A stretch of 64,000 nt of DNA from Albugo candida (lineage: Eukaryota), in assembly GCA_040437565.1 (NCBI GenBank), contig JBDOQK010000032.1, positions 62,001 through 126,000 of the forward strand, in the 5' to 3' direction. This document shows, one piece after another, positions 1-12,813 of this stretch. Position 1 is the first letter of the stretch. Every line of letters starts with the position of its first letter. The position numbers were made by a program, and so were the translations under genes. The notes under the pieces are model-generated. The model saw nothing but the letters and a program-made list of their open reading frames with translations. It had not been told where the DNA came from and did no database searches.

Positions 1-1540
1 GAGGTGATGGAGGACCCGCCAGTAGAGCATTGGGAGGAGCCATGCGTACAGAGATTGATGCATTGGAGCACAACGATATTTGGGACGTCATCCAAAAACC
101 GCGCGACGCCAAGTTACTGCATAGCAAATGGGTGTTCAAGCTAAACATGCACGCTAATGGTACGATCGATCGATAGAAGGCGAGGCTGGTGGCGCGCGGA
201 GATGAGCGAGTATATGGCGTTGATTATGCCTATACTTTTTCGGCAGTGATGGATATAATATCCAGCAAAGTGATGCTGGCAATTTCACGGATCTAGAGGG
301 TACCTGCACGACACGGTGATGTGCCGAGCGCTTACATAAAGCAGAAAAAGAAAATGATTTGGAGATACTACTTCACATACCTCAGGGAATGGTAGTCGGC
401 TCGATGTTGATGAATAATCTCGACTCCCGATACAAGACACAACTCGCGCTAAGACTTGAAAAAGATTCTATACGGCCTCAAACAATCTGGTCGGCTGTGG
501 AAGTTGATGCTACATGACATTTTGATGTCTTTGAGTTTCAGTCAGTGCTACACAGACATTTGGCTATACATCAAGACTAATACCAATGGTAAGACACTCG
601 TGGGAATCTACGTGGACGACGTGCTGGCGACGGGGATCAGTGTCAAGAAGGTTGATGAATTTCTTACCTAAATGCAAATTTTTGAACTGAAGAATCTCGG
701 CATAGTTACCAAGTTCCTTGGTATAGTATTCGATTACGATGAGCAGACCGGGTGGGCACCTGACCAAGAAAATACTATCGAAGAGATGCTCGACAAGATC
801 GCGCTAGCCGAATCGGTGCCGGTCAGGGCTCCTATCGGTGGAGAAGACGGCGACGAAGAAACTGCGTTGCTACCATCTGGTGGGAACGGATCAGCAAAGA
901 GACCAACAGTGCAGACATTCCAGTCTCTGTTGGGCATTCTGCCGTGGATCTCCCGGTGCACACGACCGGACATACAGTTGCGGTACATCGAGTGACTCGA
1001 CGTTCGCATGCACCAAGTGAGAGTGATTGTACGAAGGCGCTGAAGTTCATGATGAACGGAAACAAGACCAATATGAAAGACGAAGGCGGTCCTGTCGAGG
1101 CGTACAGCGACGCCGATTACGCCGCAAGTAAGACGGACCGCAGGTCGGTCAGGGGTGGTGTGTTGATGGTGGGCGGCATGGTCGTGGGATGGCTGTGCAA
1201 GAAGCAGGAGTGCGTCGCCCTATCAACAATGGAAGCCGACTTTGTGGCGGCCTTACCCACAGCGGCTGAGATGATGGGCATCATGGAACTGCTAAAGGAA
1301 ATCGTAGTGCCGATTATGCCAGGCTCCATTTTACATGTCGACAATCAAGCAGCAATCGCTCAGGTCAAGGGCGAGGACACGTTAGGTCGAGCGAAGCACA
1401 TCGACGTGTGCGATACAGCTTAGGATTTGGAGAATAAGAAGATACTCAAGGTGCAATACTGCGAATCCAAGAGTTTACCAAGAACCTCCCGTCGCCACGA
1501 CTCAGCCAGCTTCGTGGACTTGTGATGCTCACAGGGTAAG
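1..1540 (+). mobile_element. Degenerate Ty1/copia LTR-retrotransposon pol 3' part (reverse transcriptase + RNase H)
   Basis: Copia motifs are spread over several frames: SKWVFK, ARLVARG, LYGLKQSGRLW, YVDD, TRPDI, YSDADYA..DRRS, ALSTMEA, VDNQAAI, RAKHIDV. In-frame stops (e.g. TAG ~174, TAG ~294, TAA 669-671) and frameshifts interrupt the reading frame. Confidence 0.95.
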
Positions 1541-1551
1541 TACGACCACAC

Positions 1552-1560
1552 GGGAAGGAG
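1552..1560 (+). other. Polypurine tract of the copia element
   Basis: GGGAAGGAG lies after the RNase H remnant and directly abuts the TG that starts the LTR. Confidence 0.8.
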
Positions 1561-1760
1561 TGTTGAAGGAGCGTGACTGCTGATTTGGAAGGGCGCGTCT
1601 AATGAGGTGAAAAGACATGACGGAAGATGGACAGACGCGACCATTGAATGCTTTGTATGACCTGTGAGTGATTTGTGTTACGGGTACAAAGGCAACTAGG
1701 GCATAAGAACAAATACATTTAGTTTTTCAATTATCCATCTAACGCTCAGGCAGATCAACA
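1561..1760 (+). repeat. 3' LTR (200 bp) of the copia element
   Basis: Starts TGTTGA immediately after the PPT and ends TCAACA, a perfect 6-bp terminal inverted repeat with canonical TG...CA ends. Confidence 0.8.
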
Positions 1761-2464
1761 TCTTTGGTTTACAATTAGTCGCGGTTGCGATTCATTTTAC
1801 TTGAACGGATCGCATTCGCAGAAATTTCGCCCAAGGCACTTCGACACCAACTGCCCCTGCTGTTTTGGTGATTTATAGCGCACTGAGTACCCATATCCGG
1901 TACTCTCAAAGGCAGTGCTACACAAGTACTAAAGTCTTGTCGACATACGGGTTCAGCAAAGAGATATTTCTCCACTCGGCCCAGCCTGCTTCAAGTTTTT
2001 AGTCAGTGAGCGTAACGTTTCTAACTCAGTACTATTCTTTTTCTTACAGTCGTTGAACCTCGGTGTGGGTTTCTAAACCAAATTAGCATGTATTTTTCTT
2101 TATTTATTGTACTTTAGGCATGAGAGAAGTCATTTACGTCTACTTCTAGTAATATAGACAACTTCAACTAGAGTAGAGGTGCGTCGATTTAGTATTTCCT
2201 TATATNNNNNNNNNNNNNNNNNNNNNNNNNNNNNNNNNNNNNNNNNNNNNNNNNNNNNNNNNNNNNNNNNNNNNNNNNNNNNNNNNNNNNNNNNNNNNNN
2301 NNNNNGTGTGTGAGAAAGACACATTGAGCTAACATGATATACTATTTCGCTATTATCATATACCGCCACTACTTTTAAAATACTGTCTATGTAGTAATAC
2401 TAGAAACAGTAAAATTGCTTCCGCCCTGAATGCATTACCTGCAGAAATCAATTAGTCACATCAT

Positions 2465-5400
2465 TCATTCCCCTTGTGCGACCGCCAAATTGCGCTGATA
2501 ATACGTCTGCCATAACTGCACAAAGCACACCACAAACACTAACAACAAAGATCCGAATACATTGGCTGTAAACGTCGCAGAAGTATGATCCCATCCACAG
2601 TATTCTGTAATACTCATTTTCACCATCGGATACAAATTACTCATAATCCATAATCCGAAAAACATGGCTGACACATAATTCCAGGGACTCGTCGCATTTT
2701 CATACTGAAAGAATCGAACAAGCGCCACAAACTCACTGACAGCGATCGTGAAAAACATCAATACATTCGGAATTTCAGTCCATGACGTCTTTTGCCCGGC
2801 TCCTGTGTTTGCCCACGATTTGTCTTTGCCCGTAATACGCGCTTGAATGGCTTCGATAATGGCCAGTAACGTGATAAAAGAGTACGAGAACCAAGTTTGC
2901 TGAGCACGCCACACGTCATTGTTATCAACAGCACGATTTGCTAACAGATTCAGTATCCAACGTGAAAGCATAAGTGGTAGAAATGAGTACATAAATCGAT
3001 TCCCACGTGCGTAAATCGGTGCGTCTCCAGTACACAGATAATAAATCGATATCACCACGTAACATAACGCCGGAATGGATCCAAAAGGATAAAAAACAGA
3101 GTCGTAAAAAAACATTTTACGCGGGAAAGCCAAACTTGGTTTTGGATCAGGCGCAGGAACACGAGGCGGACGCCAGTCTGGATCAACTTCGGACTCATTT
3201 TTCATCAGTAAAATCTGCACGGCGCCTTTAGCCCAACGTTTTCGCTGACCCATGGAAGCGGCCACTGTTTCTGGGATTGCTCCTTCACAAAGCCGAATAC
3301 GGTCTTTCGGGTCGCCTTCAAAATCTTTACGGAAATAAACTGAGTCCCAACCTGAGGTATGCAAAACATTTCCAGTAAACGCATCTTCCGTCTGTGTTCC
3401 GTACTGAATACCACCGATAGAGTCGAATGCTTGTCGACGAAATACTGCATTTGTGCCTGCAAATGCCGCAGAATCAAATCCATCACGACCACATTGCACA
3501 GCGTCAAAGAAAATCGTGTTTTTATGTCCACAGGGATCTCCCATAATCGATAATTGTGGTGTGTCTTGAAAGTATTGCGGTGTTTGGACATACGCCACCT
3601 GATTCCATGAAATGTCATCTGAATATTGGCGACCACCTCCATCGACTGCTTCACCTTCCGAGAAAAAAAATGGCAACACTGCCAAAAGCAGCTTTGGATG
3701 AGGTTTCATATCGTTATCCAAAATGAGAATATATTTACCATCGGCTCCTTCATTGAATAACGCATTATTGATATTCCCGGCTTTGGAGTGATGAGTTTCA
3801 GGTTTCATTCGACCGATAAATGTCACGCGTGGGATTCCACGATCACGGTAATCATAGTCATCTGAAAGGGATCCCACTGCACAATCGCGACGTTGTACAC
3901 CTTTGCCGCCTTCTTTCTTCAATTCTCGTACGGATGAATGTTGCCGTCGCCAGGATTTCAATACACTGTCATCCTCAATAGGCCCCACAATGCGTTCATG
4001 CATTACTCGAGCAACTTCTCCACGCAAATCGCCGGCAATCTCGATCACTTTTGTGTTCACAGTCACTTTGAAATGATTATTTGCGTCCCAGACAGATTTT
4101 GTGTATCCGTCATCCAAAATGTAAATGTGCAAAAGTTCTGGCGGATACTGCATCGCTAAACAGTTTTTGAGTGTTTGCATGCTATCCACCACGGGTTCCA
4201 TGTAATGACATAGAAAGACATCAACACTTGGCCATTGTTCTTTCGGAAGAGGCGGCTTAAAATCGTTCATAAAGCGGGCACCACGACGAATAGGACGCCA
4301 CATACTGAAATTATAAAGCAAGCCAAGAAAATAATTGAGAACTTCGGAGAATGCGAGCATGACGAACATAAACCAGGGTCCAATGGGTGGATCTCGTACA
4401 CAATAACCTTCATCTGAAAGGATGTCGAAATTCTTGGTCGATGAATAACAGCCCTCACGAACGCTTGTCTCCAATTTACTACACGGAAGTGTTGGTGCTG
4501 ATTTCGTACATTCATATTCTTGGGGGAAAAATGTAAAGAGATTATACAGCCACCAAATGCCTGTGATGCCCGTTAGAAAGTACACCAGATGGAAAATATT
4601 GGAACCGGACATTTTATATTTTCGAATATTGGGTGTCTCCACTGGTTCTGCTGCACGATTCGCGATAGAATAGGTACTCATTGCAAATGATCGAAAGGAA
4701 GGTTCATAGTAATTGTTTGGACGAGCCATACTGTCATTATAGCGATGCATTTTACCATCTGGATCCTGTACACCACCGTCCATAAACCGAATCGATCGAC
4801 CTTCTTTCATACTCGTTTCCTTCGCCAACATTGGATCCACAAAAGACGTGGTCGAAAGATATGCCCGATGAGGTACTTGTTGCCATCGATCCGGTACATT
4901 AGTTTTGGAATTCACTGAAACCGATGGCATTTGTGCTTGTGAGATCGATACATTTGGTTCTGCATCCTCTGATGGCATCGCCTCACCACATTCCGTACAA
5001 AAAGCAGTTCCCGTGGGTACAGTGGCAAAACAATTCTCACACACTAATCGAACTCTTTCAGCCGAGTTTTGGGCTGAAAGTGTGCTTCCAACCGGTAATT
5101 CCGGTAAGTTTTCTTGCATCGCGGCAGCAAAACTGGCTCGTTTTCCGACTTTATTGTAGCATCCCATCCCCCAGCGCATTGCGCATTGATTGAGAGCTCC
5201 ACATATAAAGACTGCGGCCCAAATAACAAACATGAGAGTTCTCTGTGAGTTTTCTATTTTCCGGACGGCTGACGCCCCACCGAATTGAATTGAGTCGTAC
5301 ATAATGCCTGACAGCGATTCTGATGGATTGATGAAGCGAGATATACCATCTGAAGTCATCCATGAGCCGACCAAAGCTGAGAAAATGAGATATTTGATCC

Positions 5401-5912
5401 GATGGGTTTCAAGCTCCGTGGACTTCGAATGTGATAGAAATACCAAGAAGAAAATAATGGCGAATGAAATAACGAATTCTTGTCGAGCTAAGCGATTATT
5501 GGCTGGAAATAAGCCAGCACCATTTTGTGCATCGAATAACAACAGATACGATCCAACGATACCACCAGTTACGATAAGAAGAGTGTAGCAACTTAACGTT
5601 GTTACAAAGATAAAGATGGCAGCTAACAATACGCCAACACCAGCTCCAGCAATTAATGAAATCCACTCATTTGTATCCGAAAGCTCGATAATTGCAGCGT
5701 AACAGATAACGACTCCCCTGAAATCAAAGACTGTTAAGGGATGAAATACATGCATAAAGTAGTTTGCAAACGTACAAGCCTAACGCGGATAAAATCTGTG
5801 TTGCTGTGTAAAGTGATCGAGAACCAAGGGAAAGCGAAGACCAACCACCTAATGCGGCAGAAAGCCCGCCCGCCGTACCAACGATCCCGACCAGCAGATC
5901 GGGCACGGTCAT
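2465..5912 (-). CDS. CesA3: Cellulose synthase 3 (GT2), 2 exons (intron ~5718-5775)
   Basis: Motifs DDG, KAGNIN, DND, QTPQ, TED and QRKRW. N-terminal TM block (GGWSSLSLGSRSL) and zinc ribbon CENC..CTEC. C-terminus YPMVKMSITEYCGWDH..ANVFGSLL is typical of oomycete CesA3. A GT..AG intron joins the two ORFs in frame. Confidence 0.95.
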
Positions 5913-6678
5913 AATTTACTCGTTGTACTTTAATGTATCACAAGTCGCTGGGTAGTAAAATGACCTTTGAATAGGAGGCCTTCCTTTTAGTGCAGGGTCG
6001 TTTTAATTTGTTTGCAACCCAAAAGCTACGTTTGGCAGCAGTTACAACGTCCGAGACGCTTTGTTGCGATTGTACCGCAGATATTATTTGCAAAGGTCAA
6101 GAATGAATTGTGGCCAGACAGAGGGTTCGATGGCAATATTTTGTTGCTAGTTGTTGAATGAGTAAGAAGTGTGGCGAAATAATCGCATTGCAGAAAGGTC
6201 AAAGAAGAACTCTATATAGAACCAGGAACAACGATTTCTGACCACAGGCAACACTCGAAGCGTCCTATGAGACACTATTTTTACACAGGAAAATTTCACC
6301 CGTTAGGAAAGCCTGATCACCTGCAATATACGTAGCGAAAATGTTCTTTAAAAAAATCAATTGATTGCTCTATAATGTACCACACATCGAAGCACGCGAT
6401 TGTGCTCTATACCGATCCACGCTTTGTTGCGGCGTGGGTCGCAAAATTTTAAATTCTATCAAGGGTGCATTTGCAATATTCGGCGATCGCCAGAAGAGGC
6501 TTTCCAAGGGAGTAATTTAGTGAAACATTCATTCTGGGCTAGGGCAACCATAATTTCGATCAGAAGGATCGTAAAATCAGTTACTATGTCCGAAAATTAC
6601 CGACGCATGAAGAGTTTCCAATTTTTTGTCTTGGAGCCACTCGTCCAACTGGAAAGCATTTCCTCTTTGTAGAATCTA

Positions 6679-7824
6679 ATGCGTTCATTACCGTTCGTAC
6701 AATGTTTCATCTTAGCGTTTTCTTTCGTACAATCAAAAATCGTCAAGTGGAATCAGACGGCCAATTATGTCATCGAAGTTGACACAACTGATTGGTCTAA
6801 TTACTACGGCGAAAACGGTGGTTGTGTTACATGTCCTTACACGTGCGTTAAGCCAACCATCGCACCCGACGGTATGAAAATCAACGGTAGTAATGCGACA
6901 CAAGCACAGAATCTTCCTTCCATTTACACACAAACCAAATCAAATGGTTGTTGCTACGCCGCCCCATCTGAATCGAAAAAAATGCCAAGTTGTGAATCTG
7001 AAGCAAACCCATCGACAGCTGAAGCTTGTGGTTTCTTATATGGTCCAACACTAAAATGGCGAATCGGCGATTCCTCAAAACCCGGGAATAAATCAGTGGT
7101 AAAACCTTGTATGTATTATAACCCTGTTACCTTTCTCATTGCGCCATTCTTCTAGATTGCTATTCTGTTTGCATCCGTCGATTGTGAAAGTTTTTGGGCT
7201 GTCGGTTACGCTCCAGTTCGGTATGTTGCACAAACTAAATCTATCAAAGGTTCCAAGCAAATCAATGGCGGTTGCTATGGTAACCAAGCGGGAGAGGCGA
7301 TGATTTTAGCGGGATGTTTAACATCTGAGATCAAATTCGATAAAGGATTAACGTACTCTTGGGACAAACTAGCTCAGAAATGTCAAGGCATCTCTGGAAT
7401 CTGTGCTGTGACAAATGGGTTATGGACCGAACATCTGAAATGTTGCACGAAGCGAACTGGTGTGACTTCCGTTTGGGACAAACACTACAAGGTCTATGAG
7501 AAAGCAAATACTACCAGTACACAGTTATCGGGTCCTGCAATCATGTTAATTGTATTGGGTGGTGTCGCATTCATGATGGCCCTGATTCATTTTGGTGCGA
7601 AAGCGCGCGAAAGTGCTAAACGGACGGCATTATTACGTGAACAAGAAGCTACAGACGATTATGAAGAGATCATGACACCTTTAACTGGAATAGACAAAGT
7701 ACCGCCACCAGGAGGTGTACAGCGTTCCATTGGTCCTTCCAGCATCGAGGTATCGCTTCATGAAGGAGACAAGATCTTCCGTAAAAAGGAAGAAGAAGTC
7801 TTATACGAAGGAGAAATGTTTTAG
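6679..7824 (+). CDS. Cys-rich type I membrane protein of unknown function (signal peptide, one TM), probably 2 exons
   Basis: Signal peptide MRSLPFVQCFILAFSFVQS, Cys-rich ectodomain, TM AIMLIVLGGVAFMMALIHF. The same frame is open on both sides of TAG 7153-7155, which sits in a pyrimidine-rich acceptor-like context. Confidence 0.75.
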
Positions 7825-7925
7825 TGTTTACATAGATTTGTAAAATATTAATAATCAATCGATTAGATGTGGTATGCGATTCTGTTTTTTGACATAAAAT
7901 CACCCGATAACGCCATGTGTAGTAC

Positions 7926-7938
7926 GATTGGCTGAAAA
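7926..7938 (+). promoter_or_regulatory. CCAAT-box-like element (GATTGGCTGAAAA) upstream of the aminopeptidase
   Basis: Matches the oomycete TGATTGGCTRAAA-type CCAAT motif. It is ~30 bp from the ATG once the gap overlap is collapsed. Confidence 0.55.
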
Positions 7939-8092
7939 ACTGTAGATGCCATATAATTTTANNNNNNNNNNNNNNNNNNNNNNNNNNNNNNNNNNNNNNN
8001 NNNNNNNNNNNNNNNNNNNNNNNNNNNNNNNNNNNNNNNNNNNNNNNNNNNNNNNNNNNNNGGCTGAAAAACTGTAGATGCCATATAATTTT

Positions 8093-9975
8093 ATGTTCCG
8101 GCGAAGTTTGTGTACAAAATCTGCTCAGAAATCTTTTTCACACGCCATGAATATCGGGAAAAAAGCGCATCTACTAGTAGCCCAGCAAGTTGAGGGTTTA
8201 CTTTCAATTGCACCAGAGAATACTAAGGAGTTCAACACGGATGTAAATGTCTTCTTTGTGCCGAAATCATCTGACTTGTTGACAGCGATAAAATCCCAAC
8301 TCCCGTTCAGCACATGTCTGAACGCATTGAAAGACTTTGAAGCCGATTTATGCAATCATACCTTCCTGTATCCAGTCTCAGATGACGAAAAGACACGGGC
8401 CTTGTTGATTGGATTGGGAGAATCTCCGAAAATCAATGAAATGTCTTTACGTAAGGCCGTTGATTGTGCTGTTAAACAACTGCGTCAGAAAGTCATTTCC
8501 GAAGCCACGTTCAATCTTCCAAACAATCTGCAATCCATCCCAGCTATTCGTACAAGTCAAATAATTGCTCAGGTAATCCATACTTTGGTATCCTTGATTA
8601 AGTACCGCCACTCTATTATGCATATCCTAGTCAGCAATGTTGTCCAATTATCAATTCGACAAGTATTTAACCAATAAGAATGAAGATGCAGAGGACGACA
8701 AATTGAAGTTGAAGTTGCCTTTGCGGCAAATGTTTTTGCGCGCGCCAAACGAATCCAAAGAGGTATTTTCTTACTTCAAATGACTTGAATCTCTCGACTT
8801 CCCGCTGAAAATGTAGTGCATCGAAGAGCAAGTCGTTGTGACTCAGGAAACGATTTTTGCGCGGAATCTCGGTACGCCATTACATACATTCCTAACATAC
8901 CCTAAGCGTTAATCAGGAAATGAGCGCGCTGATGTGATGACACCTGCTTTTATGGAGCAAATCGCAATGGAGTGTTTGGAATTGCCCAATGTGAAAGTGA
9001 CTGTATTGCAGCAGAGCGATTTAGCGAAGGAAGGAATGAATATGTTTCTGGCTGTGGGTCAAGCAGCAACTTGTCCTCCGCGTTTGATCCTTATGCAGTA
9101 TGAAGGCGATCCAAATTCGACCAAGAAAATCGGATTGGTCGGCAAAGGAATCACTTTTGATACTGGCGGACTGAATCTGAAACCAACGGGATCGATGGAA
9201 ACCATGCACATGGATATGTGTGGTTCAGCGGCTGTATTTGGTACCTTTCGTGCGGCGGCGCGTCTCGGATTGAAAGTCAACATTGTTTGTGCGTTGGGAA
9301 TGGCGGAAAATGCTATCGGGTCGAAAGCTGTCAGGCCTCATACAATTGTCAAAGCGCATAATGGATTGACGGTTGAAATCAGCAATACTGACGCTGAGGG
9401 GCGACTGGTGCTTGGCGATACGTTGTCTTATGTGCAGAAAGTGTACAAGCCCAAAACATTGATAAATGTGGCGACACTCACTGGAGCTTGTGTCGGTACG
9501 CACCGCTCACTCTTTTGCATTGCTTGAATCCGACGTGAACATCGTTGTGCGTAGTTGCGTTGGGTGAGTATGCCGCGGGAATTTTTTCCAACACAAAAGA
9601 GCTCGCACGAAAGATTGAGGTTCGTATCTTTCACATTCAATTGTGCTCTGTTTTTGATTGTGATTTAAATATTTGTAGGACTCCGGAAATGAATGCTATG
9701 AACGCTGCTGGCCGCTTCCTATCTTTCCTGAGCATTCTGCTGAACTGAAAGGCCATCAATCAGATTCTCGCAGTACCGGTAAAGCACGATACGGTGGAGC
9801 TAGCGTTGCTGCGGCTTTTCTGCAGCAGTTTGTAGACAAAGACGTTGCATGGGCACACATTGACGTTGCGGGACCTTGCATGTACAGTCAAGATCACCCA
9901 AACTTCCCCAAAGGAGCGACTGGTTTTGGTGTGCACGTCCTCTACACGTACTTGAAAAACCATGAGCAAAGCTGA
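8093..9975 (+). CDS. Leucyl aminopeptidase (peptidase M17), multi-exon, possible mitochondrial presequence
   Basis: VGKGITFDTGGLNLKP, MHMDMCG, NTDAEGRLVLGD, ATLTGA, AWAHIDVAG and ATGFGV motifs, separated by GT-AG introns. Confidence 0.95.
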
Positions 9976-10169
9976 TACAAGCCGATGTTGCTCATCGAAA
10001 GCGTAAACATCGACCTATGTCACAAAAAATCGCTTATTTTGTTACTCAAAGTGAAATACAAACCTGAGCTGCTACTCCACATCCTCTTCTTGCTCTGCGT
10101 TAAACCGATCTGCATTGGAACCCTCCCACCATTACAAGCAGCTGCAACTCATTTCGTTATATGCTGCAA

Positions 10170-12629
10170 TCACAGATTCCGTCTTTTAGTGCGTTCTTCA
10201 GCCCGCCTGCTAGACAGCCAAGACGTCGGCTGAAATGCGGCAGTACCGTGTTGAGGACTCGCTTGCGGCATCATTGTACGACGTTGCATCTCCATTCCAA
10301 TCTGAAAGTAACAAAAGCCTCAGCATTTCCTTAAACTGAACAAGTCGATCAATAGCGATACAAGACCTCATAGAACGAAGACATCATCAGTGCTTGTTCA
10401 CGGGAGTATGATGCTCTCATTTCTTTGAGACGTTTCTCAAGAAAGTCTATTTTTTCTTGCTTCTCTCCGAGCTGATTCCGATGAGAGCTCACAGTGACCA
10501 TATATTTTGTTTGAACAGCATGCAGCGTTTTTCGGGTATAGCTTTCCAACTTGGCACGCTGTTCATTAAGTTCATTGATGGACGATTCTTTATCTTTGAG
10601 CCGATTGGTGAGTTCTTGGACGGTAGCACGCATGGAATCGACTTCTTCGACGTCGGATTGCTGCAACATGCAGTTAAATCGCTCAGTTCAGATGGCAGTT
10701 CATTCGACAACGCACGTACCATCCTGGATAATTTATCTTCATACTCTTCAATCATTGTTGTTGTCATTCTGGAGGCTTGTTCAGTGTCACTTGAGGTCTT
10801 GACGGATGCCGAAGACGCCGGGTCAACCAAACTCGATGGAATAGTAGGATGATTCTTCTCTACATTTTGTGGCAATACTGGCAATTGTGCTGCGACATTG
10901 GAGAGTATTGGTACGCCATCTTGTTTTTGTGCCATTTCCAAATCTTCTTGTAGCTGTTGGTTCTTTTTCTTGAGCTGCAAAATGGTCACCTGTAAGGACT
11001 CTTTGGCTTTGGTCGCCAGCTCTAATTCACTTTCCAGGTGTAATTGTGTAGCATTAGGCGATCCGGACTTGAGCTCGGCATTCTCGCGTTCCATGCGACC
11101 AAGTCTTTCCTTCAAAAACGATATAGACGATGATCCCAGAAGCGCGTTGGAAGCGTTCTCATGATCTACACCAAAATCGCTATTCTCACAATCATTACCT
11201 TGCTGAACCAGATTGGACACCTGAGCACGTAATTCCTCAAGCTGATTCTCTAGAAATTCCTTTCCTCCCAAAGCGCTATCAAGTTCCTCCTGCAATCGAC
11301 GTATTTTCTGATCACGAATATGTAAATTCGACCTGTCTTCGACATTGAGCGTTTGCAGCTCGACAACTTGATTCTTGTACTTTTCAACCAAAGCTTTAAG
11401 CGTCGGCATGGTCTTTATTGTGCTTTCTAAATCCAATACTTTTTCCAAGTATTGCGCATTATGTGTCTCGAGTTCTCTAATTTGATTCTTTAGCGAATTC
11501 ATTTCCTCCAATTTCTTTTTATATTTCAGAAGACTCGCTTCCAATTTACTCAATTGACCGACTTTTGTCCGAGAAATATCAAGTTCATCAGCTTGCCGAC
11601 GCATCTCATTTTCCAACAACATAATTCGCTCGTGTGCTTCTCCCTTTGTACGCTGTAATTCCTCCTTTTTAGCTTCTAATTCCATCATAATCGCATGTAC
11701 CTCACTTTCCACAAGTTGTTGGATCTTCTTATTGTCTCGCGTGAGTGTACTTTGTCTTTCAAGCACCAAATTCTGTTTTTCATCGTGTAAGCGATTGAAC
11801 TTTTCTTCAACACCGTTCTTCTCTTTTATCAAATTATCAATTCGCTCTGATAATTCTTGTTTCTCGCGCTCGGCATCGAGCAATTTCATTTCCAAAATAG
11901 AAACTTTCTCAATGTTTATTTGCAGTAAGCGCTGTAAATCTTCTACAATGACTTCATCCTGTACAGAGTACGAGAACGACGTTTTAGGATCAGCCGATCT
12001 ATGATCAAGAGATGGTGGTGACACCATCTGAAATCGGTGCATGAGGTTCTCAATCAAAAGCATCAAATTTTGTTGTGCGGTGGCATCCATTTGCATTATC
12101 GGATGAATGTAATCGGATTTTCTCGGGCACTGGACAGCACATCCCAATAACAACTCAATCAGCTTGCAAACTTCTAATTCATTGCTCTCTTTCACAATTT
12201 TGGAGACGTTGATGAAATTCGAGCTGTTACAATTTTGACTCAATTCCTCACGATAATATGACTCAATGGCATTGACTAGAGTTGTAATATTTTGTAGTCG
12301 ACTGGAGTAATCTGCATTTAGTTTTATTGTATCTAATTGTATGTACGCTGGGTCACTATCCAACAGAAGAAACGTTAATCTAGGCCAGCAAATAATGTCA
12401 TGGCGAGGCAATATTCTCACATTTTATGCATAAGATACGATAGGAAGATGCCATCACAAAGATCTATCAAGCTGTGTACATCGCAACATGACTGTGACAG
12501 ATTCGATGAGGATTGTATGTTCTCTACAAAGCTTTGTATCTATAATAAAAATGTTTTGAGATTAACTGAACAAGCAAAATCGACGATACAAACCCAGCTT
12601 AAAAGACTCTGTTGGGCATCCAGGTTCAT
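10170..12629 (-). CDS. HOOK-family coiled-coil dynein adaptor, multi-exon
   Basis: N-terminal Hook domain (SLLSW; LIELLLGCAVQCPRKSDYIHPIMQMD), long coiled coil with DELD, and a C-terminal REQALMMSSFYE|IGMEM motif. Confidence 0.9.
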
Positions 12630-12813
12630 TCCTTGTCGCGGACCACGTAGATCGAATTTTGTGTATCAAAAGTTCGTTTGGTGTGAGCCCCACAACGATA
12701 GCGCACTGAACGGGTGATACGAGTGATAACGCATTGTAACATTAACGCTCTAGATTTTATTAACAGATATAACATCTGAATGTAGCACTTTAACTGGATT
12801 CATCGCTTTTTCC

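Noticed and set aside
1879-1918. Imperfect hairpin GCACTGAGTACC...GGTACT...CAGTGC
   Set aside because: A single short stem with no RNA-gene or element context.
10489-10720. Apparent frameshift in the HOOK gene
   Set aside because: Explained by a GTACGT...TTGCAG intron. The same applies to apparent frame breaks in LAP, UCH, EF-Ts, the phosphatase, kinesin and PDE.
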